Source: Bacillus subtilis subsp. subtilis str. 168 (lineage in GTDB: Bacteria > Bacillota > Bacilli > Bacillales > Bacillaceae). From it: DNA of 64,000 nucleotides. A program made the position numbers and the translations under genes. Position 1 is the first letter of the stretch; each line of letters begins with the position of its first letter. The notes under the pieces are model-generated. The model saw nothing but the letters and a program-made list of their open reading frames with translations, made no database searches and had not been told where the DNA came from. The stretch spans positions 2,542,001 to 2,606,000 of the forward strand of contig NC_000964.3 of assembly GCF_000009045.1 (NCBI RefSeq), given 5' to 3'. Positions 63,730 through 64,000 of the stretch are shown piece after piece.

Positions 63730-64000
63730 TTATTTTACAATAAGGGCATTCATATTCGCAAAGGACTTGATCTCATCCGCCAAGCTTACCATTTGCGCTA
63801 AACGATTTGCCTTTAATGACTCATTATCCGCTATAACCATTGTATGATCGAAGTAAGCATCGATCGGTTCTTTTAAGGCTGCAAGTGAAGCAAGCGCCGC
63901 CTCATAATCTTTTTTGCTGAAGTTTTCCTGCAGATTTTGCTTCGCTGTTTGGTAGGCATCAAACAGTTTTGCTTCGTATTCATTTTCAAACAGATCAGGC
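63730..64000 (-). CDS. glyS: Glycyl-tRNA synthetase beta subunit, C-terminal fragment (runs off window; not in ORF track)
   Basis: PDLFENEYE...PIDAYFDHTMV...ANRLA...ALIVK* by hand; DALR anticodon-binding domain. Confidence 0.92.
   Translation of the reverse strand, partial: PDLFENEYEAKLFDAYQTAKQNLQENFSKKDYEAALASLAALKEPIDAYFDHTMVIADNESLKANRLAQMVSLADEIKSFANMNALIVK

Overview
This window is core chromosomal DNA of Bacillus subtilis. Proteins and gene order match strain 168 as I recall it, about 2.542-2.606 Mb (recalled, not searched). It runs from yqhP/yqhO/mntR/lipM through the glycine-riboswitch-controlled gcvT-gcvPA-gcvPB operon, yqhHG, the sinI-sinR / tapA-sipW-tasA biofilm locus and the comG competence pilus operon. 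It continues through sigmaB stress genes (corA, yqhB, rsbRD, mgsR), a lone tRNA-Gln, the yqg block (yqgS, glcK, gluP, rpmGA, sweDC, pst, pbpA, sodA) and the yqf block (ispG, zur, nfo, cshB, ispH, trmK, cccA). It ends with the yqxD-dnaG-sigA operon, ccpN-yqfL and the 3' end of glyS. I found no rRNA, CRISPR array, integrase, transposase or prophage, and no clearly new multi-gene system. The best leads are small-scale: (1) comGF appears to start at a non-canonical ATC codon with a strong SD hidden inside comGE, which restores a prepilin leader; (2) a 35-codon sORF with a good SD lies in the dnaG-sigA spacer; (3) a decayed CBS-domain pseudogene lies between corA and the comG promoter; (4) yqgL-yqgM looks like a reduced DUF4912/GT4 glucan module; (5) a putative three-way-junction RNA lies upstream of sodA; (6) the antisense gene antE sits inside dnaG. 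Start codons were re-chosen by hand from SD positions and often differ from the ORF track.
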